Source: Azolla caroliniana (lineage: Eukaryota > Plantae > Polypodiophyta). From it: a stretch of DNA of 64,000 nucleotides. The notes under the pieces were generated by a model. That model worked only from the letters and a program-made list of their open reading frames with translations, made no database searches and was not told the DNA's origin. Shown piece by piece: positions 1 through 11,579 of the stretch. The translations under genes and the position numbers were made by a program. The stretch's first letter is position 1. Each line of letters starts with the position of its first letter. The DNA lies in the NCBI GenBank assembly GCA_043228905.1, contig JBHGNT010000001.1, forward strand, positions 26,660,001 to 26,724,000. The letters are read 5' to 3'.

Positions 1-500
1 GTTGAAATCTAGATAGTTCAGCTACCACCAAGCAATAGATGGTTGTTGATAGAGATGAGTCATTTGAAAGCATCTTTGGGGGTATTTATGTCTCCCTTCA
101 TTTGGAAGGCATCAACCTCAAGGTGCGAATATTTTGTTTCTACAATGTGATGCCACTATGTAAAGGGCATAGATTGCCTAGGGGAAATTCAAGACCAATC
201 AAACTAGAGGTCTTAATGGAAGTGTGCCAAGTATTTGATCAAAGTGAAGGACATTGAGTCAAGAAAGGAGCTTTTTGAGCCACATATTTACATCCCATGC
301 AATTGAAATAGAGGTTGACAACCAATCTACCTTCCATAGGAGTCATGATCTTGCAAACGAAAACAAATGTAGCACATAGAGGAGTAGCCAAAGGGGACCT
401 TATCTACGGTACATTTTTCTCCAAGCAGGAGCTCGAGGAAACAAGGAGTTGGCTCAATTGGCATGAGATGTTGTCAATCAACAATCATGTAACGCACAAG
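1..500 (+). mobile_element. Possible highly degraded LINE 3' remnant
   Basis: Around 290-380 a broken reading (TSHAIEIEV...LP*ES*SCK) loosely resembles the LINE C-terminal SSHxLxIExGR...CxxC motif that is intact at ~58860-58960. Many stops and frameshifts. Confidence 0.25.
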
Positions 501-609
501 TTTCATCGAGCTGCTCCTATCGGCAACAACAATAAGCCTCCTCTCTTCAAGAGATGCACGATATGTAGTATGCTTCTTTATTGACAATGGAGCAAGTTTA
601 TAAAGAAAA

Positions 610-922
610 GGGAAAAGTACCAGGATACTCCTGGAAGTTCGTCTATTTACCAGAATGCCCCTGGAAGTTCCAAATTTACCAAACTACCCCTATGTCCAAA
701 AAATTACCCTTTATAAAGTAATTATACAGTCAAATCTTTGGTAAATAGGGCTAGTTCGGGTCCATTTCTTCTATCTTTGGTAAATAGGGCTTGTAAATTT
801 GAGTGTATAATTACTTTATAAAGTGTAATTTTTTGGACATAGGGGTAGTTTGGTAAATTTGGAACTTCCAGGGGCATTCTGGTAAATAGATGAACTTCCA
901 GGGGTATCCTGGTACTTTTCCC
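610..922. mobile_element. Mutator-like (MULE) non-autonomous MITE
   Basis: About 125-bp near-perfect terminal inverted repeats (GGGAAAAGTACCAGGATAC...GTATCCTGGTACTTTTCCC). 9-bp flanking direct repeat TAAAGAAAA (601-609) / TAAACAAAA (923-931), 8/9 match. The short interior has CTTTGGTAAATAGGGCT twice. Confidence 0.85.
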
Positions 923-1004
923 TAAACAAAATAATACAAAGCCACAAGCAACCCTGGGGGCCACGTCTAAATGTTTCATTGATCATTTTATGTTGTTTCA
1001 CACA

Positions 1005-1506
1005 GACAATACATACATACAGTTAGACAGTACATACATACAATACGTACATACGATACATACATACTAACGGTACATACAATACAATACATACATACAA
1101 ACGGTACATACATACAAACGGTACATACAATACAATACATACATACAAACGGTACATACAATACATACATACGATACATACATACAAACGGTCCATAGAT
1201 ACATACACACACACACACACACACACATACATACATACATACATACATACATACATACATACATACATACATACATACATACATACATACATACATGCAT
1301 GCATACATACATGCATGCATGCATACCTACCCACATATGAATCATGATACATACATACATACAATGATGCATATGATACAAACGATACATACATACATAC
1401 ATACATACATACATACATACAATGATACATATGATACAAACGATACATACATACATACAATGATACATATGATACAAACGATACATACATACATACATAC
1501 ATACAT
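1005..1506. repeat. Compound (TACA)n/(CA)n microsatellite with higher-order units
   Basis: Long runs of ACAT and CA, with repeated larger units such as ACAAACGGTACAT and AATGATACATATGATACAAACGATAC. This explains the spurious MYVC ORFs. Confidence 0.95.
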
Positions 1507-1533
1507 AGTGATAGGATGGATAGATTCAACATT

Positions 1534-2152
1534 TTACCCAAGGCTTTCTAGGGCGAGCACCCAAGCTATGGCTGCAACTGCGATGGCGGAGCCGAAAGCG
1601 CCTTTGGAGCCGCCATTCCATATGAAGGCATTGAAGCCGAAGAGTGTGGATGCAAGCCCCACTGCAGCTGCCACCAGAGCAAACTCCATCATATAGAATG
1701 TCACCGCCGCATTCGAACTCACTACAACAACATATCACGCCCACAAATCCCACAAAATTCAATACCTCATAAACATCATGCCCCACTCATAATCGACAAA
1801 ATCAACCAATCCAACTCTCAATTTCTGCTATCCAGATCAATTAAATTCCTTAATTATTCCAACTTCGGCGTTCTCTTGAGTTCCAATTGGAACCATGGAC
1901 CGCAATGGATTTCAATACTTGATCCCATCCATCCATTTGTTTATGAATCCAAGAATTTGGAATGGAATGAGATGAAATATGAAGATCATTAAATGGCAAT
2001 GTATGATGATAGAATTCTGATTTAATACCTAAGTTGAAATTGAATTCGTCGATGGACATGTGGGCGGTCCATCCTGCCAGCGACAAAACAGTCATGAAAA
2101 CGGCGAAATTGGTAATAAGAAGAGACAGAGTTATGATCCGTGATGAGATCAT
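1534..2152 (-). CDS. AWPM-19 (PM19)-like membrane protein
   Basis: Exon 1 2152-2029 (MISSRIITLSLLITNFAVFMTVLSLAGWTAHMSID..., donor GTATTA) and exon 2 1721-1538 (VSSNAAVTFYMMEFALVAAAVGLASTLFG...AIAWVLALESLG) join in frame. They match the AWPM-19 pattern LLxLNFxMYxIVLxIAGW...GNxAT.FF..FAL.AGVVG.AS...IAW.L. The 3' end is ambiguous: a stop at 1534 if unspliced, or a third exon starting at 953 (GVACG...). Confidence 0.8.
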
Positions 2153-2296
2153 GATGGCCACCTGATGAAATTGGATGGGCGGATTGATTGATTGATTGGA
2201 TGGGTTGGTTTGTTTGTTTTTCCTCTTGTTTGTTTTTTTTGGGGGGGTGGGGGAGGGGATGAGGGTCAATATCTTTTCATATCTCTATATTGCGTA

Positions 2297-2462
2297 TACA
2301 TACATACATACATATACATATACATATACATATAAAAAATATACATATACATATACATATATGATATACATGTATATATGTGTATATAGATATACATACA
2401 TATTATATATGTGTGTGTGTGTATAATATATATTTATATTATATGTGTGTGTATACATATAG
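2297..2462. repeat. TA/TACA/TG-rich microsatellite
   Basis: Runs of ATAC, ATATAC and TG upstream of the AWPM-19-like start codon. Confidence 0.85.
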
Positions 2463-2622
2463 ACACATAGACCAATATAATATGCAATTAATCATCGGTT
2501 CATTCATCTTTATGAATATGTGTGTCTTGGCCATGGGTTCAAATCCTAGGATGGCCTTTAGACTCATCAACATATATCATGATTGATTGATTGAGAGAGA
2601 GAGAGAATTTCATCAATCATGG

Positions 2623-2797
2623 GTACCAATTGCACTTTCCCTGTTTCTCTCGTGTGAATGTAGACGTGCTTAATGTATTGATTTGTCCCCAATTGTGATG
2701 TTTATACCATAAGAAGGCGAGAGTACCAATTGCGTTTTCCCCATTTCTCTCTCTAGTGTGAATGTAAACGTGCTTAACGTATGTATATTTGTCCCCA
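2623..2797. repeat. Imperfect tandem duplication, about 100-bp period
   Basis: GTACCAATTGC...TTTCTCTC...GTGTGAATGTA(G/A)ACGTGCTTAA...TTTGTCCCCA starts at 2623 and again at 2723. Confidence 0.85.
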
Positions 2798-3480
2798 TTT
2801 GCATATATTCACATTACGATATCTAATAGCGTATTGGTCGGAAGGACGAAGGGGTCCCCTAAAAATGCTTTGGGTTTGTTAGCATTTGAGAGAAAGCTGA
2901 AGGCGAGTTTTGTTCCTACAGTAAGGACTAGATATACGATCATGGAAGACCGGGAGAGCAACATGTACCGATGGATTCACATACGTTGGCTATATGTACT
3001 AACGATGACCGCGGCCAATCGATCGGATCATCACATAGTACTGATGATAAGAACAATGTCCAAAATATTCCAAGGTACTTACCCGAGAGGATTACTATGC
3101 ATCGGATCACATCAAAATGGATGGAGGCGGGTCTAGATTTGGTAATGTGAATCTTGCCTACTGCAAATGAAGACCAGATTTGGTAATGTAAAATTGTCTA
3201 CTGCAAAATGAAGTGAACATATAATCATGATTCATAAATCATCAATGTTTTGTCATTCCTATAATCACCCCACATGCATCATTATGCATCATCATCAATC
3301 GTGTATGATGATCTATGAGGATGCTCTCCTGTTATAAGAATCAAAATTGATCATATCAATCATCATCATCATCATCATCAAAGCGGTGAGATTTAGGGTT
3401 CAAGGAAGGAAAGTAAAGTATGTAAGTAAGTAAGTAAGAAAGAAAAACAGGCATATCTCAGAGTTGTTCGTGTTAGTATT

Positions 3481-5898
3481 ATGGCTAGTCTTACTCTGCG
3501 ACTCGCACTACCACTAGACGTGTCTTCTAATCGCGCAAATCATTACGCAACTCCCTTAATCAGCACCCAAATCTCTCTAATTAACCCATATGCCAATCAT
3601 ACAAATCCCTACATACTAACATGTTACAGCAGAGTACCTATCTTCTCAAGTGCTCCTACTACCACAACTACTTGGAGCTCTAGCCGGATTTCTTCTTCTT
3701 CTTCTTCTCCTTCTAATCATTCTTCTGCTTTGGTCTGTTTCGTGGCAAGGGCTAGGTCCAGCCAGGACGACTATGAGAGGCTTTCGGTGGAATCGGGCGT
3801 AAGCAACAGCGAGGAGAATGAGAAGATTCTGACTTCGACGGAGCCATATCTGGCAGACAACTTCTCTGCAATCCTCAACTACGAAGATCTATGCAAACAC
3901 TTGGAGCCCACCATCTTCAAAGAAGAGGTACACAATAACATGTCTCTGACCATCAATTGCTGATTTTCATGGATACATTATTGGCCTTGTAAGGATTATT
4001 AATGGGAGGATCTCTACAATGTAAGAGAATGAAAACCATGTTGCATGTACCCCAAATAATGTTCTTTCGGCACATGATCATGTTTCTACGTGTCGTGGGG
4101 ATGTCCCAATTGTCTCATCTTATATGCGTGCCATGTTGTATGTGTCGCGATATGCCTTGTCTTATGTATGTTTCATGATCCATGGTGTTATGTACGTGTC
4201 ATGTTATGTATTGTATGTAATGTATGTGTCATGTTGTGATGTATTGTGCTATGTGTATGTATTGTATTAGTATGTAATGTATGTATGTAATATATGTAGG
4301 TAGGTAGGTACGCATGTATGTACGAATGTGTGTATGTATGAATGTTTGAATGAATGTGTGTATGTATCACCCAATGATCGACGACTTACATTGTTGCAGA
4401 TCCAACCCCATACATATCTTGCCGATGTTATGTCTCAAATCAGGTACACTGCGACACCCGACCAACTACTGGAAGAAGTTGATTATTGCTTCTTGGACGT
4501 TTCAGGATTGCCCGTCATCGATGAAAAGTCGAAATGCATCGGGGTTGTGTCGAAACGGGATCGAGTCAAGGCATCAAAGGGGGTATGCTAACTTACCGTT
4601 AACTTAATATATTGTTGGAAAATATTTGCTTTTTGTGGTTTAAAGTTTCTCCTCCTATGGGCTAGGGGGCTATGAGCGCTTTAGTAATGAGGAGATCTAA
4701 TGAGGAAGATCTGTGGAAAGTTTTATGCTCACACTAGAAACTTTAAGATGTGAAGAGAATATCCCCATGACGTCAATATATATTGAGATCCAAAACCTCA
4801 AGAATAGATCATATTTCGAATCTAACCATTGCACATTGCCCAATGATGTAATGTAAGGCAATATTAGATTCTCTGGCGATCTAATGTAAGACATTATTTC
4901 GATTCTACTTGTTGAATGTCATGTTGTCCATTGATGTGTCACAATGGAGCTTTGTTAGTTTTCATTGTCTTCATATGAGATGTTTCATTTGGCTGGGTTT
5001 GACAGTTTTTCATAGTGCTCATCATGCTTGTCTCCCTTTGGATTTGAAAATTCTTAAAATGTGTCACAAAATTCTTGAATCATTTGAAAAAAGCTCTTTG
5101 TTTTTTTGGCCTTAAAAACATATCCTTGAAGGGGGTATGAGTATGTGTATGTGAAGGAGTGCTTCAACATTGCATCTCAAAGGGAGTACATATTGGCTTA
5201 TCGTGTACTTCATTGAAAAATATATTTGTCTTGCCTATTTCTTTTAATCATGGTTTCAAAAGATGCGAGCCTTTTTGTAGCTACAATCCACAGTTCGGGA
5301 GGTCATGAGCTCGCCTGCAATCACAATGTCTGCTGAGAAAACAGTAAATGGTGAGTTTCATGTTAAATTTTAGTTAACATTTATCTGGGAGGATTTTATT
5401 CCTTCATTGTTAGCATTGCCACTAAAAGAATTTATAATTTTTGAAGCTCCACTCATGAGTAATATATTTGAACCCTCAAAAACACCTTGAAAAGGAACCC
5501 ATTTCCGTTTCTACCCTTATGTTCTAGACAATATTTGGTTTTCTTAATTTAAAAGCTAAATTGTACGACGATTGTTTCTTTAGATTGCAATAAGAGGCTA
5601 TTGGAAGATTTTGATGCACTATGTTGTATTGAAATCTGTCTATTTCACAGATGCTGCCATTGTGATGCTGAAGAATAAGATACATCGTATTCCAATTGTA
5701 AATGAAGTAAATCAAGTCATAGGTTACTACGAATCTTTTCTAAATGCACTTACATATTCATCAAGTTTAGATAGATTCATGGCTTGGTTCTTCTTTCATG
5801 TGCAAGCAACTTTTTTAGGATCTTAATGACCTTTTTACTTCTTCGTAGGTATGGTCACAAGAACTGACATCTTCAAGGCCTTGGAAGGTCAACATTGA
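3481..5898 (+). CDS. CBS-domain protein (CBSX-like), probably plastid-targeted
   Basis: Five exons, 3481-3927, 4400-4582, 5281-5350, 5651-5722 and 5849-5898, all GT-AG and in phase. Ser/Thr-rich transit-peptide-like N-terminus, then a CBS pair: LADVMS...VSGLPVIDEKSKCIGVVSKRD...TVREVMSSPAIT...AAIVMLKNKIHRIPIVNEVNQVIGMVTRTDIFKALE. Confidence 0.92.
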
Positions 5899-6786
5899 GT
5901 GAGTCATATAAAGCTTAAAAGTAACTTTGATCTTATTAGCTCGAGGGCCAACATGATAACATTGAGAGTCAAGTTTATCTTTGTGCTCTTTTAGGGGGGA
6001 AATTAAGGCATTCCCCATATAGCCTCCCCAATCTAAAACATGTCTACTAATATGTATATAGAGAGTACCATGACTAGAAGTAAAAGGTTGATGAGCCATC
6101 AATTAATGTTTTGGAAGAGGGATTATCTGATTTTCACGTTTGTTTGTGGTCACAAAAATGAATAAAAATTTCATTGTAAATAATTGTGCGTTAAAGGCTA
6201 CGATGTTTGTTGTGTCAATAGTCAAGTTAAGATATTGATTCTTACTCATTATGAGATGCAACTTGAAGGCTAGTTGTTTGTGGGATTGGTTGTAGTTGTT
6301 TGAGGGTTTGGTTGTGGTGCAATTACTTGTATTTATTTTTTAAATTGATTAGAAATCAATTTAAAAAAAATTAAAGAGTGAGCTTGTTCTAGGTAATGAA
6401 CTTTTGTTGCCATACTTCATGAAGAGTAAGTTGTTGGCATAGGAGAGAATTACTGATAATATTTTCAAGTCGAAGGTTAATGTGCTAATTCATGGCTTTC
6501 ATTGGATAGACTATGATATATTTGGTAGCCTCTCATTGAATCGTGGATCAAGCATGGATATTCACATATATTATGTACTTTTGAGTTTAGGCCTAAATGT
6601 TAATAGATTATGTTTTACTAGTTTATAAGGTTAAGCAACCAATGAGGAAGGCACAATGGTGGGTTAAAGTGTCTTACTATTTCATGTGGTTATTAAATAA
6701 AGCAACTAGAAAGTGGAAGTGGATGAATGGTGGGTTAAAATGTTAAGTCATGATCATCAAGCAAAGATAGAGTGAGGGAAAACACT

Positions 6787-6909
6787 ATGAAACACCAAAT
6801 CCTTTTTTTTATCATTGTGTGATTCCATACATCCCAAACCCTCCATTCATTCAAATGGAGGGTTTGGGATGTATGCAATCACGATGATAAAAAAAGTATT
6901 TGGTGTCAT
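6787..6909. repeat. Near-perfect inverted repeat (hairpin, stem about 55 bp)
   Basis: ACACCAAAT..TTTTTTTATCAT..GTGATTCCATACATCCCAAACCCTCCATT pairs with AATGGAGGGTTTGGGATGTATGCAATCAC.ATGATAAAAAAA..ATTTGGTGT across a loop of about 6 nt. Confidence 0.9.
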
Positions 6910-9254
6910 TTAACACCTCCATAATTCTTAAAGAATTATGTAGAACCAATAATACATGCAAAAACTAGATTAGGATAAAAAACCTTGAGAATAAGTTCTC
7001 CATGGAAAGGATGGATGATAGAGATGACATGACAAATGTAGGTCTTGGTCCTCCTAGTGAATCATCAGGATTTTATTTTAGGAGCAAATGTAGAAGTAAA
7101 CAAGATGGTTTGGGGAAATAGCATAATGTAGAATATATGTTATAGAGGATGACGTGAAAACTGAATACATTTATTACTTGAATAAATAAATTTACATGAC
7201 TTACTATAGCACTATCATTCTTTTGAGAATGTAAGGCTATTTAACTTACACCTCTTATATATGTGTAGGGAGAGATATCCGAACTTTCGATCGTTGCTTG
7301 ACAAACGGAAACTCGTGTGAAAGGCTATTCCTTTTATCTAGCTTCTTTGTCACATTCTTTTGTTTTCCTTGTCATTGGCATTTCTTGCCATTACTCTCTC
7401 GGATCGTTATCTTCTTGATTCTTGTCGTCATTCTTCGTTTCCTTGATTTCACCTCCCTCCTTGACCGGCTTTTATAGGCTACTTCATACCTACATTAGGG
7501 TGGTTAAGATACTTCTAGTGAAACTTAGAAGTTTTGAGAAGTTTTAGAAAATTCTTTGTTCATGTTCAATTTTAGGCCAATTGTTCTTACTTTCATAAAA
7601 TTACACATATGGCCTTTAATAAGTAACCCTATATTAAATCATGATAGTCTCTTACTTTTAGACCAATATTTTCTTGAATTTATAAATATGGCTCAAATAT
7701 ATGAAAGGCCACAACTCAATCTTTGAATGGTTGTTTCACATGCCATTTTCTCTAGTGAGCCCCTTATTGCTAAGTCTAGCCATGGTGTTGAGATTCCACA
7801 AAGTTTACCTTGTGAAGTGTGAGCTTCACGACAATTCATATAACGCATCCTTGGCACGAGATGATCACAGTTGGTCAATAACGTTGAACAACGAATTAGG
7901 CCCAAATGTGTATTTGTGCATTGCCTTGAAGTTTGATGGTTTGGTCATGGTATTGACTACTCAAATACAAAATCTCTTTCTTTCCTTCGAGAACTTTTCA
8001 TTGTTACTTCTAGATGAAGAATTCCGGACATTGCATTTCCTACTAAGTGGGTAGGGAGCTTAGAGAAAATAGATGAATACTTTCAATAAATAGTGATATA
8101 AGTGTGTAAGACAAGGACCTGGCTAGAGATGAAAAAGTCAAAAGTGATAAACGTGGTAGGTTTTTGTGTGTTTGGTTGAAGCAAGAAGACTTGAGGCGTG
8201 GTACAAAGGGCATTGGTTATTGGGTTTGCATGCCCATAAAGGATTGCCAAAGGGTAGGGAACGTAGATTGAGCCAATGTGTAATGGTTCCAAACCTAAGG
8301 AATATTGATTGTGTGTTCATAACCATGGGGAATGGCTTGGGATGTTTGATCAAGGAACACAAATATGTGTATGTGATGACTAAATTGAGTACAAAAAAGT
8401 GTTTAACACATGTGCCATTGAGTTTCTTAGATCTCATATAATATATCATCTGTGGCAAATGGATGGTGGTGATGAAGTAGGATTCTATAGATTAGGTGCA
8501 GAAATCCAAAACAACACAAGACAAGTAACTACATTGATTGGGACATCTCTTTTATTTGATTGTATTGGCTTCAAAGGAACGTATGAGCACATCCAAGGAT
8601 TTGCTTTTTTTTTTTGTGCACTTCAAGTTGTCTCAATATTGTAGAATATTACTCAAGACATGCAAAAATATCCAAGAAGTGTGTGGCTTGCATATGATGT
8701 ATTAAGCAACTTGAGAAGTCTTCTCTACAAGGGGCTGAGAACAAAGCAATGTCTCCTCTTGAGTTGGTCTATGGATTGTCCACATAGAAAGGTTGAAAAA
8801 CGTTGTTGGGGAGGATAATCCTACTTCACGATCATTGATGATCATGGTGGGATGGTACGAAAACAGGGTAAGGATACAAAGAAGTCCAAAAACGATCACC
8901 TGAGACACGAGGTGACATATTTTTAGACAAAATCGCATGGGACAAAACCTCTTCGACGAGTCGGGGAAAACTATGTAGCAATGGGGAAGGAATATGCAGG
9001 AAGCAAGAGTGTGGGCAGGCAGGTGAATTGACCCAGGACAACCCCATATAATGAGCCTTGGGGAGCAAGTGATCTACATGGGCCCCTAACAGAGTGTGCT
9101 TGATGGATGCGGGACAAAACTAGAAACGGGCACCTTGTGGCCGGCCTTCCGGACACCTTTGAAGGCCCTCCTCTCCATCTAATAGAATATTACACTTAGG
9201 AAAAACACCCAACAAACAAAACACTCTTAAAAACCCACACTTGCATAATGACAG

Positions 9255-11579
9255 ATGTTGAGAAGTTGGGCTTACACAAGCCTTCTTCACCCACCATGGC
9301 TTCCTTCTTGCAAACCATGGCTTCTCAAAAGCCAGCAGTTCTGTTTCCTTCACACCAAACCAATTGCAGAGGGTACAGAGGAAGCCTTGAGACAGGGACA
9401 CTTTGCTGTTCTTCTTGGTTCATTGAAAGGCAGAAAAGACCTCCCCCATGGAGACCTAATCATGACCCACATCAAGAAACATGGAATACACAATGACCCC
9501 TCCCTCCACAGCCTCCTCATTGAGATATATGGCAAATGTGGCAATATCCATGGTGCCCGCCTTCTCTTCGATGACATGTCTCCCCGCCCAAAGCGTGCAT
9601 GGAAAGCTATCATCAGAGCCTATGTCCAAGGTGGACATTACAATGAAGCTTTCTACCTGTGGAATCAGCTATGGCAAGAAGCCTCTATCCCCGATATGTT
9701 CACATTTGTGAGTATTTTGACGACTTTTGGAGGTATTCGAGACCCTTCAAATGGCCAAAGAATCCATGGCCTTGTCGTTTGTAATGGGTTTGTCTCTGAC
9801 GTGGCCGTAGGAACTGCGCTTGTGAATATGTACGGTAAATGTGGTAGGCTTGATGATGCCATTCAAGCTTTTGATGGTATCGATGAGCCAAATGTAATGG
9901 CATGGAATGTTATGATGGCTATCCATGCCAAGCACAATAAGCAAGGAGATATGGCCATCTTTGTTTTACAGCAAATGCAAGAGAAAGGGGCTTTGCCAGA
10001 TAACGTGAGCTTTGTAAATATCTTGTCCGGACACCATCTGGACTTGGACACCTGTCTCAGAAAATGTCGTCGCATCAGCGAACAAGTTCATGCCCGGGTT
10101 CTGCCACAAGGTATGCATACACATGTCATTCTTGGAAATGCTATAATCAACATGTATTCGGTGTTTGGAAAGCTTCATGATGCTCACCTTGCGTTCTATG
10201 ATATACTTGATCCCAGCATAATCTCATGGACTTCGATGCTCCAAGGATATAGTCGGAATGGACAAAGCCACAAATGTCTTGCACTTTTTGAGAGAATGAA
10301 GCAAGAAGTGACACTTCCAGACCGAGTCACATATATGGTCATTCTCGAAGCGTGTGTGGACGAATCAACCATGGTTAACGGTAAAAGAGCACATGCTTGC
10401 TTAGTAGCCATGGGAATCACGTCCAACATAGAGGTTGGGACTGCCATTATGCAAATGTATGGAAATTGTGGTAATCTTGATGATGCATCTATTATGTTCA
10501 ATGAATTACCTAATAAAAATTTGGTTTCTTGGATGACTTTCATTGGGTTACAAACTTGCTATGAGCAAGGGAAACAAGCAATCCAATCCTTTTCTGAGAT
10601 GCTACAAGTGGGAATAATGCCGGATAAGATGGTGTTTCTACGTGTGATTGATGCGTGTGGCCAAGTTGTGGATTTATCACAAGGCAAGCGTTTGTACACC
10701 CACCTTCTTGCAGCTGGATATGAACCACAGAGCAGTGTTTATATGAGTCTCTACCTTCAATGCCAAAATAGAGATGACATACCACAAGTGTTTGATGATG
10801 TGTTGGCTTTCGGTGTTTCGTCATGGAACACTATGATGATAGCATGTAATGAACATGGGTGTGGTTTGAAAACCCTTCAACTCTTCTACCAGATGCAACA
10901 AGAAGGGGCCATGCCGAATCAATCCTCATTTGTTACTATCCTCAATGCTACCGGTGATGAGGCCACCTTGCTCAATGGTAAACGAATCCACGCACGAACC
11001 GCCACTAGTTACATGATGTCTGATATTGTGTTCATGGCTTCCCTTGTGAGCATGTATGGTAAATGCGGAGACTTAGAAGGTGCCAAAATGGCCTTTCATG
11101 GAATTTCTAAACACAATCTAGTATCTCGAACTGCGCTGATTTCAGCATATGCTCAACATGGAAAGCCCTGTAAAGCTCTTGAAATCGTCGATCAATTCAC
11201 TGTTAATGACATATTCTATATGGACGATGCCATTTTTGTAAATCTTTTATCCTCTTGTAGTCGATCAGGATCCTTGGATGAAGGTGTGATGTGTTTTGGT
11301 AAAATGATGGAAATGCGCACAAGACAACCTGGACTAGATCATTTTTGCTCCATAATTGATCTTCTTGGTAGAGCTGGGAATCTTGCTAATGCGCAAGCTT
11401 TTATTGATGTGATGCCATGTCAACCTTCTAGGGTGCTTTGGATGGCATTGCTTGGGGCATGCCGGTATCGAATAGATGTTGTCAGAGGGCAATGTGTAGC
11501 CGAACATGTCTTTGAATTGAATTCTAGTAAAGGGGGCTCGTATGCTATGTTGTCAAACATGTATGCTAATATCCAGTAG
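9255..11579 (+). CDS. Pentatricopeptide-repeat protein, PLS class with E1 and truncated E2
   Basis: Intronless 774-aa ORF with repeated P-L-S motifs (GTALVNMYGKCGRLDDA, VMAWNVMM, PDRVTYMVILEAC). It ends ...HFCSIIDLLGRAG...MPCQPSRVLWMALLGACR...SYAMLSNMYANIQ*. No DYW domain. Confidence 0.95.
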   Translation: MLRSWAYTSLLHPPWLPSCKPWLLKSQQFCFLHTKPIAEGTEEALRQGHFAVLLGSLKGRKDLPHGDLIMTHIKKHGIHNDPSLHSLLIEIYGKCGNIHGARLLFDDMSPRPKRAWKAIIRAYVQGGHYNEAFYLWNQLWQEASIPDMFTFVSILTTFGGIRDPSNGQRIHGLVVCNGFVSDVAVGTALVNMYGKCGRLDDAIQAFDGIDEPNVMAWNVMMAIHAKHNKQGDMAIFVLQQMQEKGALPDNVSFVNILSGHHLDLDTCLRKCRRISEQVHARVLPQGMHTHVILGNAIINMYSVFGKLHDAHLAFYDILDPSIISWTSMLQGYSRNGQSHKCLALFERMKQEVTLPDRVTYMVILEACVDESTMVNGKRAHACLVAMGITSNIEVGTAIMQMYGNCGNLDDASIMFNELPNKNLVSWMTFIGLQTCYEQGKQAIQSFSEMLQVGIMPDKMVFLRVIDACGQVVDLSQGKRLYTHLLAAGYEPQSSVYMSLYLQCQNRDDIPQVFDDVLAFGVSSWNTMMIACNEHGCGLKTLQLFYQMQQEGAMPNQSSFVTILNATGDEATLLNGKRIHARTATSYMMSDIVFMASLVSMYGKCGDLEGAKMAFHGISKHNLVSRTALISAYAQHGKPCKALEIVDQFTVNDIFYMDDAIFVNLLSSCSRSGSLDEGVMCFGKMMEMRTRQPGLDHFCSIIDLLGRAGNLANAQAFIDVMPCQPSRVLWMALLGACRYRIDVVRGQCVAEHVFELNSSKGGSYAMLSNMYANIQ

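Noticed and set aside
988-1541. Overlapping MYVC/HTYI-rich ORFs (also at 4188-4370, 14286-14581 and 44248-44634)
   Set aside because: They are translations of TACA, GAAA or TA microsatellites, with no coding signature.
2520-2560. GGTTCAAATCC, resembling a tRNA T-loop or Pol III B-box
   Set aside because: No cloverleaf, A-box or SINE tail can be built around it.
7240-8700. Possible LTR or LINE remnants upstream of the PPR gene
   Set aside because: The composition is TE-like, but I could not identify a diagnostic motif, termini or TSD.
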